64,000 nucleotides of DNA. Origin: Bacteroidota bacterium (GTDB lineage Bacteria > Bacteroidota > Bacteroidia > Flavobacteriales > Flavobacteriaceae). The notes beneath the pieces are model-generated. The model was given only the letters and a program-made list of their open reading frames with translations, ran no database searches and had not been told where the DNA came from. The position numbers were made by a program, and so were the translations under genes. Positions 41,367-52,742 of this stretch are shown here, one piece after another (the first letter of the stretch is position 1; each line of letters starts with the position of its first letter). The stretch is from assembly GCA_022562895.1 (NCBI GenBank), contig JADFOK010000011.1, positions 10,851 through 74,850 of the forward strand. The letters run 5' to 3'.

Positions 41367-43249
41367 CTATAGATTATATACAAAAATAGTATTACTATCT
41401 GCTTTGTAATATAATAATCCCGCAAATTCATCAACCAGATATTCTGGTTTTTTATCTTTTAATATGATCTCTTTCTCATTAGCACCTGTATCTTTATTCA
41501 ATTTTATAATCCCTACACCATCATTTAATTTAGTGAGAACAAAACGTGAATTTTCGGTAGCCGATGTTGCTTTAAAACGTTTTAACATTTCAGCAATTGA
41601 GGAACCTGCTACAACCCTCATATCCTGTCCAAAATATATATAGGATTTCCCCCTTGTTGTGTAACTTCCTAACATATTACTATTACCATATGCAGATGTA
41701 TAAGCACCTGCAGCAACAGCAGCTACAAATGCCACAGCAGCCACCCCCATTAAAATAGCTCCAAATGCACTTTTCCCGGGAGCTCTATAATATTCATGCC
41801 ATACTTTATTGGCTTTCCAATCAAGCATCATCATATTTTGAGAGGAAGTTAATAAAATTCCACCTTCTCGTATTTCAATACCCGTTGGATCTTCTTTTCC
41901 TTCAAATTTTGATTCAACTAATAAAGATGACTCTCCCGAATTTGCATCTATGGTAAATAATTTCTCATCTGCACTAATTAGATATCTATTATTTTTTTCA
42001 TCATAAGTAGAACTTACCGCTTTTGCACGTTTAAATTTTAAAGGCTTTTCCCATACTTGTTCGCCTGTTTCAAGATTTACAATGTTGGCATATTCTGATG
42101 ATATATAAATGAGCCCTTGTGGTGTACTAGCCATTGTAATTATATTCTCTCCTGTTTTTAATGGTTTTTTGAATAAAGTTTTCCCATCAAAAGAAATTTT
42201 ATTGATCCCACCCTCATAAATTCCAAAGAGAATACCATCATCCATGATATAAAAATGCTGTACAAATCCTTTCGTCTTAGGTGCTTTATCCCATAGATCT
42301 TTCCCTGTAGATGCGCTTAAGAATGCAATTTTAGATTCAGATCTGGAAGATGTAAGTTTTCCAAGACCGGATTTTCCAGAATTATCAACATCAGTGACAA
42401 TAGCTAAACCTTGCGGTAAAATTTCAAATTTTGAAACCTGCCCTTTTATTTTATAAGGATCCTCCCATAATAACGAACCATCGGGTGCAATTTTATGAAT
42501 TTTAGTGTTTTTATTATTAGCAGAACTTTCTAATGCATAGATTTCTTTTCTGTTTCATCGGTAACCATAAACTTTATATCGTCGGTTTTAGTTATCCAAT
42601 CTGTAGTTCCGGATTCCATATTAATTTTTATCAATGACTTTGTAGTGGGTATAATAAGACCACTACGTAATAATAATGGCCTTCCAGATACAGTTTCAGA
42701 ACTTTTAAGCTTAAAAAAACTTTCTTGTTCTCCAGTATTTAAGTCATATACAGCAACAGCATTTATATATTTTTCACTTGCTCTTCGTTGTCCACTAACT
42801 ACTAATTTATTTTGAGGCATCATCACGGTACATGTCATAATCATTTTCCAACCATTACTTTGTGTAGTAAATAAAACTTTACCGGACATATAATCAATGA
42901 CTGCTTTTTTTGTTATGATACCACCAAAACCTGTTTGACCTACCACCACATAAGGTGCATTAGGTATAAATAATAATTCCTCTGATTTTACTTTACCATA
43001 CTCAGTAAAATTAAATAGCAAATCATTACTTCCTGGTTTTATTCCCGCTAAACCATCATTGGTAGCAACGACCAAAGTTCCTCCCTGGGTTAAGGTCATG
43101 TCGTTAATTTTAGCACCCACATCATAACGATAATCAGGTGTTTCGGCACTTTGTGATATTAGGGTGGTTGGAATTAAAAGAAAACAAAACAATACGACAT
43201 TTGATGTATTTATACTTTTTTCGCCTTCTGTAGGAGAGGCTAGTATCAA
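41367..43249 (-). pseudogene. Exported PQQ-like beta-propeller protein split by a 1-nt frameshift
   Basis: Restoring one A in the run at 42546-42549 joins the 239-aa ORF to an open frame (EIYALESS...GKDLWDKAPKTKGFVQHFYI) that continues into the 292-aa ORF. Confidence 0.8.
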
Positions 43250-43254
43250 TATTT

Positions 43255-44211
43255 TTAAAATTTTATGTTTGGAAATTTATCTTGAATCGTTTTAATTTTA
43301 GTCTTCAATTCTTGAAGGAATTGTTTATGAGCACGACTTGTAGGATTAAAAGCTTTGTGCTGTAACCCTGACTGAATAATGGCAATTTTTTTTTGAAGAG
43401 TTTTTGTTTTTGAAGAAATCCATACCTCTGAGAATTTATTCCATAGTATAGAAATTGCTGTTTTATTAGGGTGTAACATATCTTCGGTATAAAAACGATA
43501 ATCTCTTAATTCGTCCATCATAATTTCATATGAAGGAAAATAATAGGTATCCTTTTTCGATTCTAAAACATCTTGTAATCCCGAAATAAGATGTGCTTTA
43601 CTCCTGGTATTCTCAATAAATCCATCTTTTATATGTCTTACCGGAGAAACAGTTGTTATTATTATAGCATCGGGGTTTATCAATTTAATAAGAGAAATGG
43701 TATTATTAATTGATGTTGAAACTTTTTCAATAGTAAGTAACTCTTTTACGAACTTCTTCTGTGGAATTTTGTGGCAATTAGCTACCACAGTATCAGTTTC
43801 AATAAATCGATATACCCAAGCAGTACCATAAGTAAAAATAATATGAGAAGCCGTTAGAATATATTTACGGAATGCAAGGAGATTATCATTTAATAATTTA
43901 AGAAAGGATTCCTTTTTTGAATCGCTTACTAGTGAATGTACCTCGAAACAATGCCATTGTTCGTTATAAAAAAAAATATCCTCCTCAGTAAATACAGAAG
44001 ATTCGGGATCATTTAAAGCACGAATTACCAGTTTTTCAATGGCAATGGGATGAAATAAAATTCCAAACGGATTTTGAAGGGATTGAAATTTAAAATAGTT
44101 CAATTTCATTCCTATATTCTCTACAAAACAAGAACCCAATAAAAGTACTTTAGAATTATAGTCTATCTGTTTTTTTTGAGTGCTAAGTGGTATTTTAGTT
44201 CGAAGTTCCAA
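43255..44211 (-). CDS. GSCFA domain protein (SGNH-like)
   Basis: LLGSCFVENIG, TVSPVRH, YFPSYEI, DMLHP. Confidence 0.93.
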   Translation of the reverse strand: MELRTKIPLSTQKKQIDYNSKVLLLGSCFVENIGMKLNYFKFQSLQNPFGILFHPIAIEKLVIRALNDPESSVFTEEDIFFYNEQWHCFEVHSLVSDSKKESFLKLLNDNLLAFRKYILTASHIIFTYGTAWVYRFIETDTVVANCHKIPQKKFVKELLTIEKVSTSINNTISLIKLINPDAIIITTVSPVRHIKDGFIENTRSKAHLISGLQDVLESKKDTYYFPSYEIMMDELRDYRFYTEDMLHPNKTAISILWNKFSEVWISSKTKTLQKKIAIIQSGLQHKAFNPTSRAHKQFLQELKTKIKTIQDKFPNIKF

Positions 44212-44214
44212 AAT

Positions 44215-46833
44215 TTAATCAATAAATTCTTTTGCCTTACTCAATGCTTCAGAAATACCCTTTGGTTTATTACCTCCGGCTGTAGCAAAAAATGGCTGAC
44301 CACCACCACTCCCATCAATGTATTTTCCTAATTCCCTAATTATCTTGCTCGCATCAAGATTTTTAGATTTTATTAATTCTTTGGAAATATAACAAGAAAG
44401 TAATGCTTTTCCGTTTTGCGAAGTTCCAAAAAGTAAAAATAAATTATCATACTCACTACCTAATTCAAAAGACAAATCCTTGATCCCTGAAGCATCCAAA
44501 TCAATTTCTTTGGCTAAAAAGTTGATACCATTAATTTCTGAAATTTCAATTGATAAACTTGCTCTTAAAAAATGGATGTTTTTTTTAATAAATCCTTTAT
44601 TTTGTTTTTCAAAAAGGGCTTTTTCTTTTTGATCTTTTTCAAAAGCGATAAGTAAAGCATCCCCTTTAGAATGATTGAATGTCGCAGCTATTTGGTTAAG
44701 TATAATACTTTTATTAATTAACTCTTCTTTAGCTGAAAATCCTGTTTTAGCTACAATACGGCGTATTCCTGATGCTACAGTTCCTTCAGACTCAATCATA
44801 AAGTGCCATATATCCCTTGTGTTTTTAACATGAGTTCCTCCACATAACTCCATAGAATCCCCAAAACGTATGGCTCGTACTGTATCCCCATATTTTTCTC
44901 CAAACAATGCCAAAGCCCCTTCATCTAATGCCTGCTGAAAAGGGATATCTCGTTTTTCGTCTAATGGTAATTCATCATCAATATATCCATTTACTAAATC
45001 AGTTATCTCTTTTAATTGTTCGTCTGTTACTTTGCTGAAATGTGAAAAATCAAATCGAAAATAATTCCAATCTACCATCGATCCTTTTTGTGTAACGTGT
45101 TCCCCTAATATATTACGTAGGGCCTGATGTAATAAATGCGTTGCGGTATGATTAGCTGCTGTTCTTGAGCGTTTCTTTTTATCTACAACAGCTTTAAAAG
45201 TATCACTTGTATTTTTAGGCAGGTTTTTAACAAAATGGATGATCAAATTATTCTCCTTTTTAGTGTCCACAATATTAATTACTTCACCCTTTGGATCTTC
45301 CAAATGGCCTTTATCGCCTACCTGTCCCCCTCCTTCAGGATAAAATGGAGTTAAATTAAATACCAATTGGTATATTTCCCCTTCTTTTTTACTTTCAAGC
45401 TTACGGTAACGGGTTATTTTTACGTTTGACTCTAGGGTATCATAGCCAATAAATTGTTCTTCTGAATCGTCAGATAGTATTTTCCAATCTCCTGTTTCAA
45501 CCTTTGTAGCTGCACGAGAACGGTCTTTTTGTTTTTGAAGTTCGGTATCAAATTCCTTTGAATTTAATTCGTAACCGCGTTCTTTTAAAATTAATGCTGT
45601 TAAATCTATAGGAAAACCAAAAGTATCATATAATTCAAATGCCTTCTTACCTGAAATAGTCTTAGATGTTGCATTTTTAATAACACTCTCTAAAAGAACC
45701 AATCCTTGATCAAGAGTTCGTAAAAAGGAACTTTCTTCTTCTTTTATCACATTGATTATAAGATTTTCTTCTGAAACTAATTCAGGAAAAGCTTCTCCCA
45801 TTTGCTTGCTAAGAGTATGTACCAACTGATAAATAAAAGGCTTTTTCGTATTTAAAAATGTATACCCATACCGTATAGCACGTCTTAAAATCCTGCGTAT
45901 CACATATCCTGCACCAGTATTACCTGGTAACTGACCATCGGCAATAGAAAATGCAACTGCCCGTACATGATCGGCAATTACTCTTATGGCAATATCAGTT
46001 TTTTCATCTTTCCCGTAGTTCGAATTTGTTACAACTTCTACTTCACGAATGAGCGGAGTAAATACATCGGTATCATAATTACTTTGTTTTTTTTGAATCA
46101 CCATACATAGGCGTTCAAAACCCATTCCTGTATCCACGTGTTGAGCTGGTAATTTTTCAAGACTTCCGTTTGCTTTCCGGTTATATTGCATAAAAACCAA
46201 ATTCCATAATTCTACTACTTCAGGATGGTCTTTATTTACCAATTGTACTCCGGGTACTTTAGCTCTATCTTCAAAAGATCTAATATCTAAGTGTATCTCA
46301 CTACAAGGTCCACAGGGGCCTTGTGCTCCCATTTCCCAAAAATTATCTTCCTTGTTTCCGTTAATAATTCTTTCCTCAGAAATAAATTGCTTCCAATATT
46401 TGAATGCATCAGAATCACGTTCCAGACCTTCAGATTTATCCCCTTCAAAAATAGTAACATAAAGCAGGTCTTTATCAATTCCATAGACATCAGTTAACAA
46501 TTCCCAAGCCCAGGCTATTGCATCTTTTTTAAAATAGTCTCCAAAACTCCAATTCCCCAACATCTCAAACATGGTATGATGGTACGTATCCATTCCTACT
46601 TCTTCTAAGTCATTATGTTTTCCACTTACACGCAGGCATTTTTGAGTATCTGCTATTCTGGGATTTGCAATCGATTTATTGCCGAGAAAGTATTCTTTAA
46701 ACTGATTCATTCCGGCATTGGTAAACATTAAAGTTGGATCATCTTTAATGACCATAGGAGCTGAGGTAATAATGGTATGCGCCTTCGATTTAAAAAAATC
46801 TAAAAACTTGGAACGTATTTCTCCGGATGTCAT
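44215..46833 (-). CDS. alaS: Alanine--tRNA ligase
   Basis: [49 protein letters not shown]. Confidence 0.98.
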   Translation of the reverse strand: MTSGEIRSKFLDFFKSKAHTIITSAPMVIKDDPTLMFTNAGMNQFKEYFLGNKSIANPRIADTQKCLRVSGKHNDLEEVGMDTYHHTMFEMLGNWSFGDYFKKDAIAWAWELLTDVYGIDKDLLYVTIFEGDKSEGLERDSDAFKYWKQFISEERIINGNKEDNFWEMGAQGPCGPCSEIHLDIRSFEDRAKVPGVQLVNKDHPEVVELWNLVFMQYNRKANGSLEKLPAQHVDTGMGFERLCMVIQKKQSNYDTDVFTPLIREVEVVTNSNYGKDEKTDIAIRVIADHVRAVAFSIADGQLPGNTGAGYVIRRILRRAIRYGYTFLNTKKPFIYQLVHTLSKQMGEAFPELVSEENLIINVIKEEESSFLRTLDQGLVLLESVIKNATSKTISGKKAFELYDTFGFPIDLTALILKERGYELNSKEFDTELQKQKDRSRAATKVETGDWKILSDDSEEQFIGYDTLESNVKITRYRKLESKKEGEIYQLVFNLTPFYPEGGGQVGDKGHLEDPKGEVINIVDTKKENNLIIHFVKNLPKNTSDTFKAVVDKKKRSRTAANHTATHLLHQALRNILGEHVTQKGSMVDWNYFRFDFSHFSKVTDEQLKEITDLVNGYIDDELPLDEKRDIPFQQALDEGALALFGEKYGDTVRAIRFGDSMELCGGTHVKNTRDIWHFMIESEGTVASGIRRIVAKTGFSAKEELINKSIILNQIAATFNHSKGDALLIAFEKDQKEKALFEKQNKGFIKKNIHFLRASLSIEISEINGINFLAKEIDLDASGIKDLSFELGSEYDNLFLLFGTSQNGKALLSCYISKELIKSKNLDASKIIRELGKYIDGSGGGQPFFATAGGNKPKGISEALSKAKEFID

Positions 46834-46955
46834 TCGTTAAAATTTTTAAAAAACAGTACTGTTAGGCAAAAGTGCAAACAATTTTTATATTTGTAAAACG
46901 TTACCAAAATAGTTAGTGTAACCTATCGATGAACAAAAATAGGATTTTTTAACGT

Positions 46956-47933
46956 ATGTCTAGGGTAAAATATTATTACGATAGCGATACGCTCTCGTAT
47001 CGCAAAATAAAAAGGAAAAAAGGAAGAAAATTTGGTATATTCTTTTTAAGCCTATTGGGAATGATATTTAGTGGATTCCTGCTCTTACTTATTTATCTTA
47101 ATCTGCCCTATATAGAAACTCCAAAGGAAAAAGTACTAAAAAGGGAAATGAATAATCTTCAACTGCAATTTGAACTTATTAATAAAAAAATGGAACAGGC
47201 TGAAATAGTACTGGGAGAAATTGAAGACCGTGATAATAATTTATACCGAATTTATTTTGAGGCAAATCCTATACCAATTGAACAACGTAAAGCTGGATTT
47301 GGTGGAATAAACAGGTACAAAGATTTAGAAGGTTTTGATAATTCCAAACTTATTATTGCTACCAGTAAAAGACTTGATATTTTAACCAAACAAATTGTAG
47401 TACAATCTAAATCCTTAGATGAAATTGCGCTGCTTGCCGAAGATAAAGAAAAACTTCTTTCTTCTATTCCATCAATACAACCAATACGTAACGAAGATAT
47501 ATCCCGCGTAGCATCAGGATTCGGATACCGTACAGACCCCTTTACAAAAACGCGTAAAAAACATTGGGGAATGGATTTTACAGCCCCTCGGGGAACACCG
47601 GTATATGCAAGTGGTGATGGAAAAGTAATTAAAGCAGACAATACCGTATCCGGTTATGGTAAGCATATTAAAATAGATCATGGATATGGCTACGAAAGTT
47701 TATACGCTCATCTATATAAATACAATGTTAGAAGAGGAGAAAAGGTGAAACGAGGTGATTTAATTGGGTTTGTAGGGAGTACAGGTCGTTCACAAGCCCC
47801 ACATTTGCATTATGAGATATTTAAAGATGGAAGTCGTATAAACCCTATCAACTTCTACTACGGAAACTTATCACCAGAAGAATTTGCTGAATTACTTATA
47901 CAAGCACAAATAGAAAATCAATCCCTTGACTAA
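46956..47933 (+). CDS. M23 family metallopeptidase
   Basis: N-terminal TM, coiled coil, HWGMD (HxxxD) and PHLHYE. Confidence 0.93.
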   Translation: MSRVKYYYDSDTLSYRKIKRKKGRKFGIFFLSLLGMIFSGFLLLLIYLNLPYIETPKEKVLKREMNNLQLQFELINKKMEQAEIVLGEIEDRDNNLYRIYFEANPIPIEQRKAGFGGINRYKDLEGFDNSKLIIATSKRLDILTKQIVVQSKSLDEIALLAEDKEKLLSSIPSIQPIRNEDISRVASGFGYRTDPFTKTRKKHWGMDFTAPRGTPVYASGDGKVIKADNTVSGYGKHIKIDHGYGYESLYAHLYKYNVRRGEKVKRGDLIGFVGSTGRSQAPHLHYEIFKDGSRINPINFYYGNLSPEEFAELLIQAQIENQSLD

Positions 47934-48262
47934 TGCATATTGAATTACCTGAAAAACGATATTACAACATAGGTGAAGTAGCAAAAGCCTTTGACGTAAA
48001 TACTTCGTTGATTCGATTTTGGGAAAAGGAATTTGATGTACTGCAGCCTAAAAAAAACGCTAAAGGAAATAGGCGATTCACTCCAAGGGATTTAAAAAAT
48101 CTGGAACTTATCTTTCATTTAGTTAAAGAACGGGGATTTACGCTTGATGGTGCAAAGATCCATCTAAAAGAAAATAAACAAAAAACTCTTGATCATTTTG
48201 AGATTATTCGAAAACTGGAAAAAGTGAAATCTGAATTATTGAAAATAAAAGAACAATTATAA
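47933..48262 (+). CDS. MerR-family HTH protein
   Basis: YNIGEVAKAF...SLIRFWEKEF, GNRRF. Confidence 0.9.
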   Translation: MHIELPEKRYYNIGEVAKAFDVNTSLIRFWEKEFDVLQPKKNAKGNRRFTPRDLKNLELIFHLVKERGFTLDGAKIHLKENKQKTLDHFEIIRKLEKVKSELLKIKEQL

Positions 48263-48271
48263 AATAACCAT

Positions 48272-49573
48272 CTATTTCTTTCTGAAGTAAATTGTAACCG
48301 GCACTCCCTTAAAATCAAAATTATCTCTTAGCTTGTTTTCAATAAATCGCTTATAAGGTTCTTTAAGATATTGAGGAAGATTTGCAAAAAATGCAAAACT
48401 AGGGTAGGGAGTTGGCAATTGAGTACAAAATTTAATCTTTACATACTTACCTTTAAGAGCAGGTGGGGGATACGCCTTAATGATCGGTAACATTATTTCG
48501 TTCAATAAACTCGTTTTTATACGTTTACTTCTATTTTTATATACTTCAACGGCAGTTTCAATTGCTTTAAATATTCGTTGTTTGGTAAGTACAGAAATAA
48601 ATACAATGGGTATATCTGTAAATGGCTCACATTGTTTTCGAATTTTAATTTCAAACTCTTTTACACTTTTATGGTCTTTTTCTACCAAGTCCCATTTGTT
48701 GACTAAAATTACAACACCCTTATTATTTCTATGTGCCAACCAAAAAATATTTTGCACCTGACCATCAAAACCACGTGTAGCGTCTAATATTACCAGTACT
48801 ACATCACTATGTTCAATAGCACGTACACTTCGCATTACAGAGTAGAATTCAAGATCTTCCTTAACCTTCCTTTTCTTTCTTATACCGGCAGTGTCAACTA
48901 AATTAAATTCGAATCCAAAACGATTGTAATAGGTGTCGATACTATCCCGAGTAGTTCCGGGTATGTCGGTAACTATATATCGCTCTTCACCAACTAGTGC
49001 ATTAATAAAAGATGATTTTCCTGCATTAGGGCGACCTACTACTGCAAAACGAGGTAAGTCACCTTCATCTCTCTCTCTATTTTCAGGGAGTATTTTTACC
49101 AGATCATCGAGAAGTTCACCCGTTCCACTTCCATTTATGCTTGAAATAGGATAATACTTTTCAAAACCTAATGAATAAAACTCAACAGCATCATTTATAC
49201 GATAAGCACTATCAACTTTATTTACTACCAGAAAAATAGGCTTATTAGATTTACGCAGAAGTTCGGTAACATCTACGTCCATTCCGGTGACACCACTTTC
49301 AACTTCAGTCATAAAAATAATCGCATCAGCTTCATCTATAGCCAGCTCTACTTGCTTATCTATTTCGATTTCAAATACATCATCACTACCTTTTATATAA
49401 CCTCCTGTATCGATAAGTGAAAACTCTTTACCATTCCAGTCACTTTTACCGTAATGCCTATCACGTGTAACTCCACTTATTGCATCTACAATAGCCTCGC
49501 GACGTTGGATTAAACGGTTAAATAAAGTGGATTTCCCAACGTTGGGTCTTCCTACAATGGCAACGATACTCAT
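48272..49573 (-). CDS. der: Ribosome biogenesis GTPase Der
   Basis: Two G domains ([18 protein letters not shown]) plus KH-like tail. Confidence 0.98.
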   Translation of the reverse strand: MSIVAIVGRPNVGKSTLFNRLIQRREAIVDAISGVTRDRHYGKSDWNGKEFSLIDTGGYIKGSDDVFEIEIDKQVELAIDEADAIIFMTEVESGVTGMDVDVTELLRKSNKPIFLVVNKVDSAYRINDAVEFYSLGFEKYYPISSINGSGTGELLDDLVKILPENRERDEGDLPRFAVVGRPNAGKSSFINALVGEERYIVTDIPGTTRDSIDTYYNRFGFEFNLVDTAGIRKKRKVKEDLEFYSVMRSVRAIEHSDVVLVILDATRGFDGQVQNIFWLAHRNNKGVVILVNKWDLVEKDHKSVKEFEIKIRKQCEPFTDIPIVFISVLTKQRIFKAIETAVEVYKNRSKRIKTSLLNEIMLPIIKAYPPPALKGKYVKIKFCTQLPTPYPSFAFFANLPQYLKEPYKRFIENKLRDNFDFKGVPVTIYFRKK

Positions 49574-49800
49574 ATCTTAATTAATTGGCTGCAAAGGTAG
49601 TGTTTAGTGCTTGAAGAAAAAACAGTAATTTAATCTCATAATAATGAACATATTTTGTTTTTATGTATTGAAAATGTTTAAAGATCCTTATTTAGAATAG
49701 AATAAAAACAAAGTAGTAAAATCTTGTAAATTCCTTTTAAAAAGGTGATAAAGAATTGATAGCTCAGTATCATTTCAGGAAAAGCAGTGGAGGTTTTTTG

Positions 49801-50682
49801 TTAAGTATTATAACCAAATCGTCTTAATTGGGTTTTATTGCTGCGCCAGTTTTTATTCACTTTTACCACTAACTCTATATATATCTGTTTGCCAAAAAAG
49901 GATTCTAAATCTCTGCGAGCTTCAATACCAACTTTTTTAATAGCTTCGCCCTTATGACCAATAATAATTCCTTTTTGGCTATCGCGTTCTACCATAATAA
50001 TGCTTCGAATACGAATTATTTTTTCTTCTTCGAAAAATTCCTCAGTATCAATTTCTACCGAATAGGGTATTTCTTTTTTATAATGAATCAGGATCTTTTC
50101 ACGAACTATTTCATTTACAAAAAATCGTTCAGGCTTATCGGTAAGTTGGTCTTTCGAATAAAATGGTGGGGATTCCGGCAGGATTTGCAGAATACGTTGA
50201 AAAACCTCCGGAACCCCAAAGTTTTCCAATGCTGAAATGGCAAATATCTCGGCATTAGGAACCTGTTCTTGCCATAAATCAAGAGCTTCACTAAGCATTT
50301 CCTCATTGCCTTTGTCAATTTTATTAATAAGTAACAAAACCGGAATTTTAGCTGAAGTTATCTTATTAAAAAAAGCTTCGTCCTTTAATTGTTTTTCACC
50401 TAATTCTACTAAATAAAGTAGCACATCAGCGTCTTCAAAAGCCGACCTTACAAAACTCATCATGCTTTTTTGTAACTCGTAGGCCGGTTTAATAATCCCC
50501 GGAGTATCACTAAGGATCATCTGAAAATCATCGCCGTTTACAATTCCTAAAATACGGTGACGTGTAGTTTGCGCTTTGGAGGTAATAATAGACAATCGTT
50601 CTCCCACAAAAGCATTCATGAGTGTACTTTTACCGACGTTTGGGTTGCCAATTATATTTACAAATCCAGCTTTGTGGGTCAT
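49801..50682 (-). CDS. era: GTPase Era
   Basis: GNPNVGKST, QTTR, DTPG, NKID, KH domain IIIGHKG. Confidence 0.98.
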   Translation of the reverse strand: MTHKAGFVNIIGNPNVGKSTLMNAFVGERLSIITSKAQTTRHRILGIVNGDDFQMILSDTPGIIKPAYELQKSMMSFVRSAFEDADVLLYLVELGEKQLKDEAFFNKITSAKIPVLLLINKIDKGNEEMLSEALDLWQEQVPNAEIFAISALENFGVPEVFQRILQILPESPPFYSKDQLTDKPERFFVNEIVREKILIHYKKEIPYSVEIDTEEFFEEEKIIRIRSIIMVERDSQKGIIIGHKGEAIKKVGIEARRDLESFFGKQIYIELVVKVNKNWRSNKTQLRRFGYNT

Positions 50683-50711
50683 ATTTAAAATTTGAGTAAA
50701 GATAGAATAAA

Positions 50712-50740
50712 AAAAGCCTCTAGATTTCTCAAGAGGCCTT
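50712..50740 (-). terminator. Intrinsic terminator next to distal tRNA-fragment repeat
   Basis: GCCTCT-N10-AGAGGC stem followed by TTTTTTTT on minus strand. Confidence 0.65.
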
Positions 50741-50743
50741 CGA

Positions 50744-50802
50744 TGTAGCGGAAATTGGATTAACTCCCTTGTAATATTTAGTCGTTGATCCGGAATAGGG
50801 AA
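50744..50802. repeat. 59-bp repeat copy A (degenerate tRNA-fMet 3' fragment + hairpin arm)
   Basis: tgtagcggaaattggattaactcccttgtaatatttagtcgttgatccggaatagggaa; 51/59 identical to copy B. Confidence 0.9.
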
Positions 50803-50857
50803 GCTAAATGAGTTTGTGCGTGATTTTTTGAAAGTGCTTGAATTTCAGTTCAATACA

Positions 50858-51298
50858 TTAATTTAGCTCGTTCTCAATTAAACTAATCAACTCCCTTATT
50901 TCTTCCAGAAGCAAGTTCCTATCCCTTAAAGCTGCATCTGTCATATCAAACTTTGTAGCAATAATATTTAAAAAAGTTTGATTTTGAAGTAACATCTCAT
51001 AATTAATTTCATTGCCAGGTATAACATTATATTTACTTATTGCAGCACTAAATAGTCGTACAAAATTGACACCATTAATTATTTCATTATCAATACTTGT
51101 TGTCTGAAGGGTCACCCTATCTCTTAATGTTTCATCCAATTTATTGATGCGGTTTTCCAAAGCAGTAAATTGTATCCGAATATTTTCATTAGAAATTAAT
51201 CCAGTTTTGCCTGAGTTTTTTAAATCCGTATAAGAATTTATTACTGGAGCTTCCTCGAATGCATTTCTTTTAATGCGTATAGTGCTTTGTGGTGGTAT
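50858..51298 (-). pseudogene. 5'-truncated gene remnant (resembles DUF6090-type proteins)
   Basis: 146-codon open frame with no ATG near its start; contains SYTDLKNSGKTGLISNENIR; family call from memory only. Confidence 0.5.
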
Positions 51299-51413
51299 TT
51301 AAATTTTCTGTTTTTTTGATGTTTTTCTGAAGAAAATAGATTTTTTCCTTGAGAATTTATTAAGGAAATTCAGCCGTTATTGATTTTATACGCTGTTGGA
51401 TGCTGCATTTATT

Positions 51414-52034
51414 TTAGAATGAAGCCCTTTTTCTTATTTCTTTATTTTGTTTCTCCTCTTCAATAGTCTCTTTTGATATTTCCTCTATATCTTTTTTCTC
51501 AATTTGTTTTTTTATTGTGAAAGGGTAAAAAATATTAATAAAACTTGATATCGCTAAAAATATAATAATGGTCTGCACCCAATTATTCTCTGCAATATAA
51601 TTCAATAATTCATTTTTTTTCAGATTGTTAAAAGTGTAATATATTATAGATAAGATTAATGCTATTGAAAAGACATAAATAGTATTTCTTCTTTCAGAAA
51701 TTTTCTTTCTTATTCTAAAAGAAAAATAATTTATTTTATGTTCGTTTGATAAGTATTTTATTAAATGAATTTTAAATTTAGATATCTTAACTTCTTTGTA
51801 AAGACCTTCTGTATGAATTTTTTCAATTTGCGATGTGTATTTATTTACTTTTCGAGGATATAAAATCTGAATATAGTTATCATTTTCTTTTTTTAAATAT
51901 TGAATTCCACAACTATACCATTCGTTTTCTATACTAACCTCAGTTACATTCCAAAACATTCCAAATGGATTCCAAAATCTATTGTTTTCATTTTTTGTAA
52001 TTCTAAGATTTTCTTTTCCAACTTTAATATTCAT
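51414..52034 (-). CDS. Hypothetical membrane protein (island cargo)
   Basis: 206 aa, two C-terminal hydrophobic segments, visibly more AT-rich than flanking core genes. Confidence 0.7.
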   Translation of the reverse strand: MNIKVGKENLRITKNENNRFWNPFGMFWNVTEVSIENEWYSCGIQYLKKENDNYIQILYPRKVNKYTSQIEKIHTEGLYKEVKISKFKIHLIKYLSNEHKINYFSFRIRKKISERRNTIYVFSIALILSIIYYTFNNLKKNELLNYIAENNWVQTIIIFLAISSFINIFYPFTIKKQIEKKDIEEISKETIEEEKQNKEIRKRASF

Positions 52035-52047
52035 TTTTTGAGTACTT

Positions 52048-52101
52048 GCAGGTAACGGTTTGGCTAAACTGTGTTTTAATGCAGTTTAGGCTATGTTGTG
52101 C
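52048..52101 (-). repeat. attC-like imperfect palindrome
   Basis: GCACAAC-ATAGC-CTAAACTG-N10-CAGTTTAG-CCAAACC-GTTACCTGC just before the 52034 ATG. Confidence 0.55.
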
Positions 52102-52625
52102 TTAGTTATTTATATTGTTCGATAATGTTTTGAATTAATTGCTCTTTAGCAGTTTTAAATAAGCCCCTAAAATAGTAACTTAAAATTTAATCATTAATGA
52201 TTTATACCGCATAATTTTAATATCCCCCCCTCTAAAAGTATTAAACGCAATATCAGTAATTAGCCCCCCAATCAATTCACCGTAAAAATGTATCTCTTAT
52301 ATAGCAACTTGAGAACCTCAACTTTGTATATGTATATAATATATTTAGTGGATGAGCAATTTTACCTCTTATTCAAGTTTTTGATGGTATTATAATTAAA
52401 TGCGATTTTTCTGCAAAATTTTAAAAATCGATGTTTTCAATAAGAGAAGACCCCCCATCCCAATATTAAGAATTGAGTTCGATTTTTTCAAAGTACCCCC
52501 CTCATTTCTTATTTCAATTTTAACCTCATATAGTGGCTAAATGAGAGGTGTTAATATAAAATCGGGAATATTTCGGGAAGAAAAAAAGCCAACTATTTGA
52601 AAAACAAACAATTAACCTTCTAGGT

Positions 52626-52684
52626 TGTAGCGGGAGCCGGATTAACTCCCTCGTTATATTCGGTCGTTGATCCGGAATAGGGAA
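52626..52684. repeat. 59-bp repeat copy B (exact tRNA-fMet 3' fragment + hairpin arm)
   Basis: ttgtagcgggagccgga at 52625-52641 is 17/17 identical to 52889-52905. Confidence 0.9.
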
Positions 52685-52742
52685 ACTTTACAAGGAAAAC
52701 CATAAATGCATTGCATTTATTTATTTTTTATTTTACTGAATA

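Noticed and set aside
42546-42549. Programmed frameshift or phase-variable tract
   Set aside because: Only a 4-nt run, with no X XXY YYZ slippery heptamer or clear stimulatory structure.
49574-49800. 228-bp era-der spacer as an ncRNA
   Set aside because: Only a der promoter-like box (CAAAGGTA) is visible; no stable structure or repeat.
52170-52300. About 39-codon open frame (EIHFYGELIGGLITDIAF...) inside the island as an integrase remnant
   Set aside because: No start codon and no tyrosine or serine recombinase motif; too short to assign.
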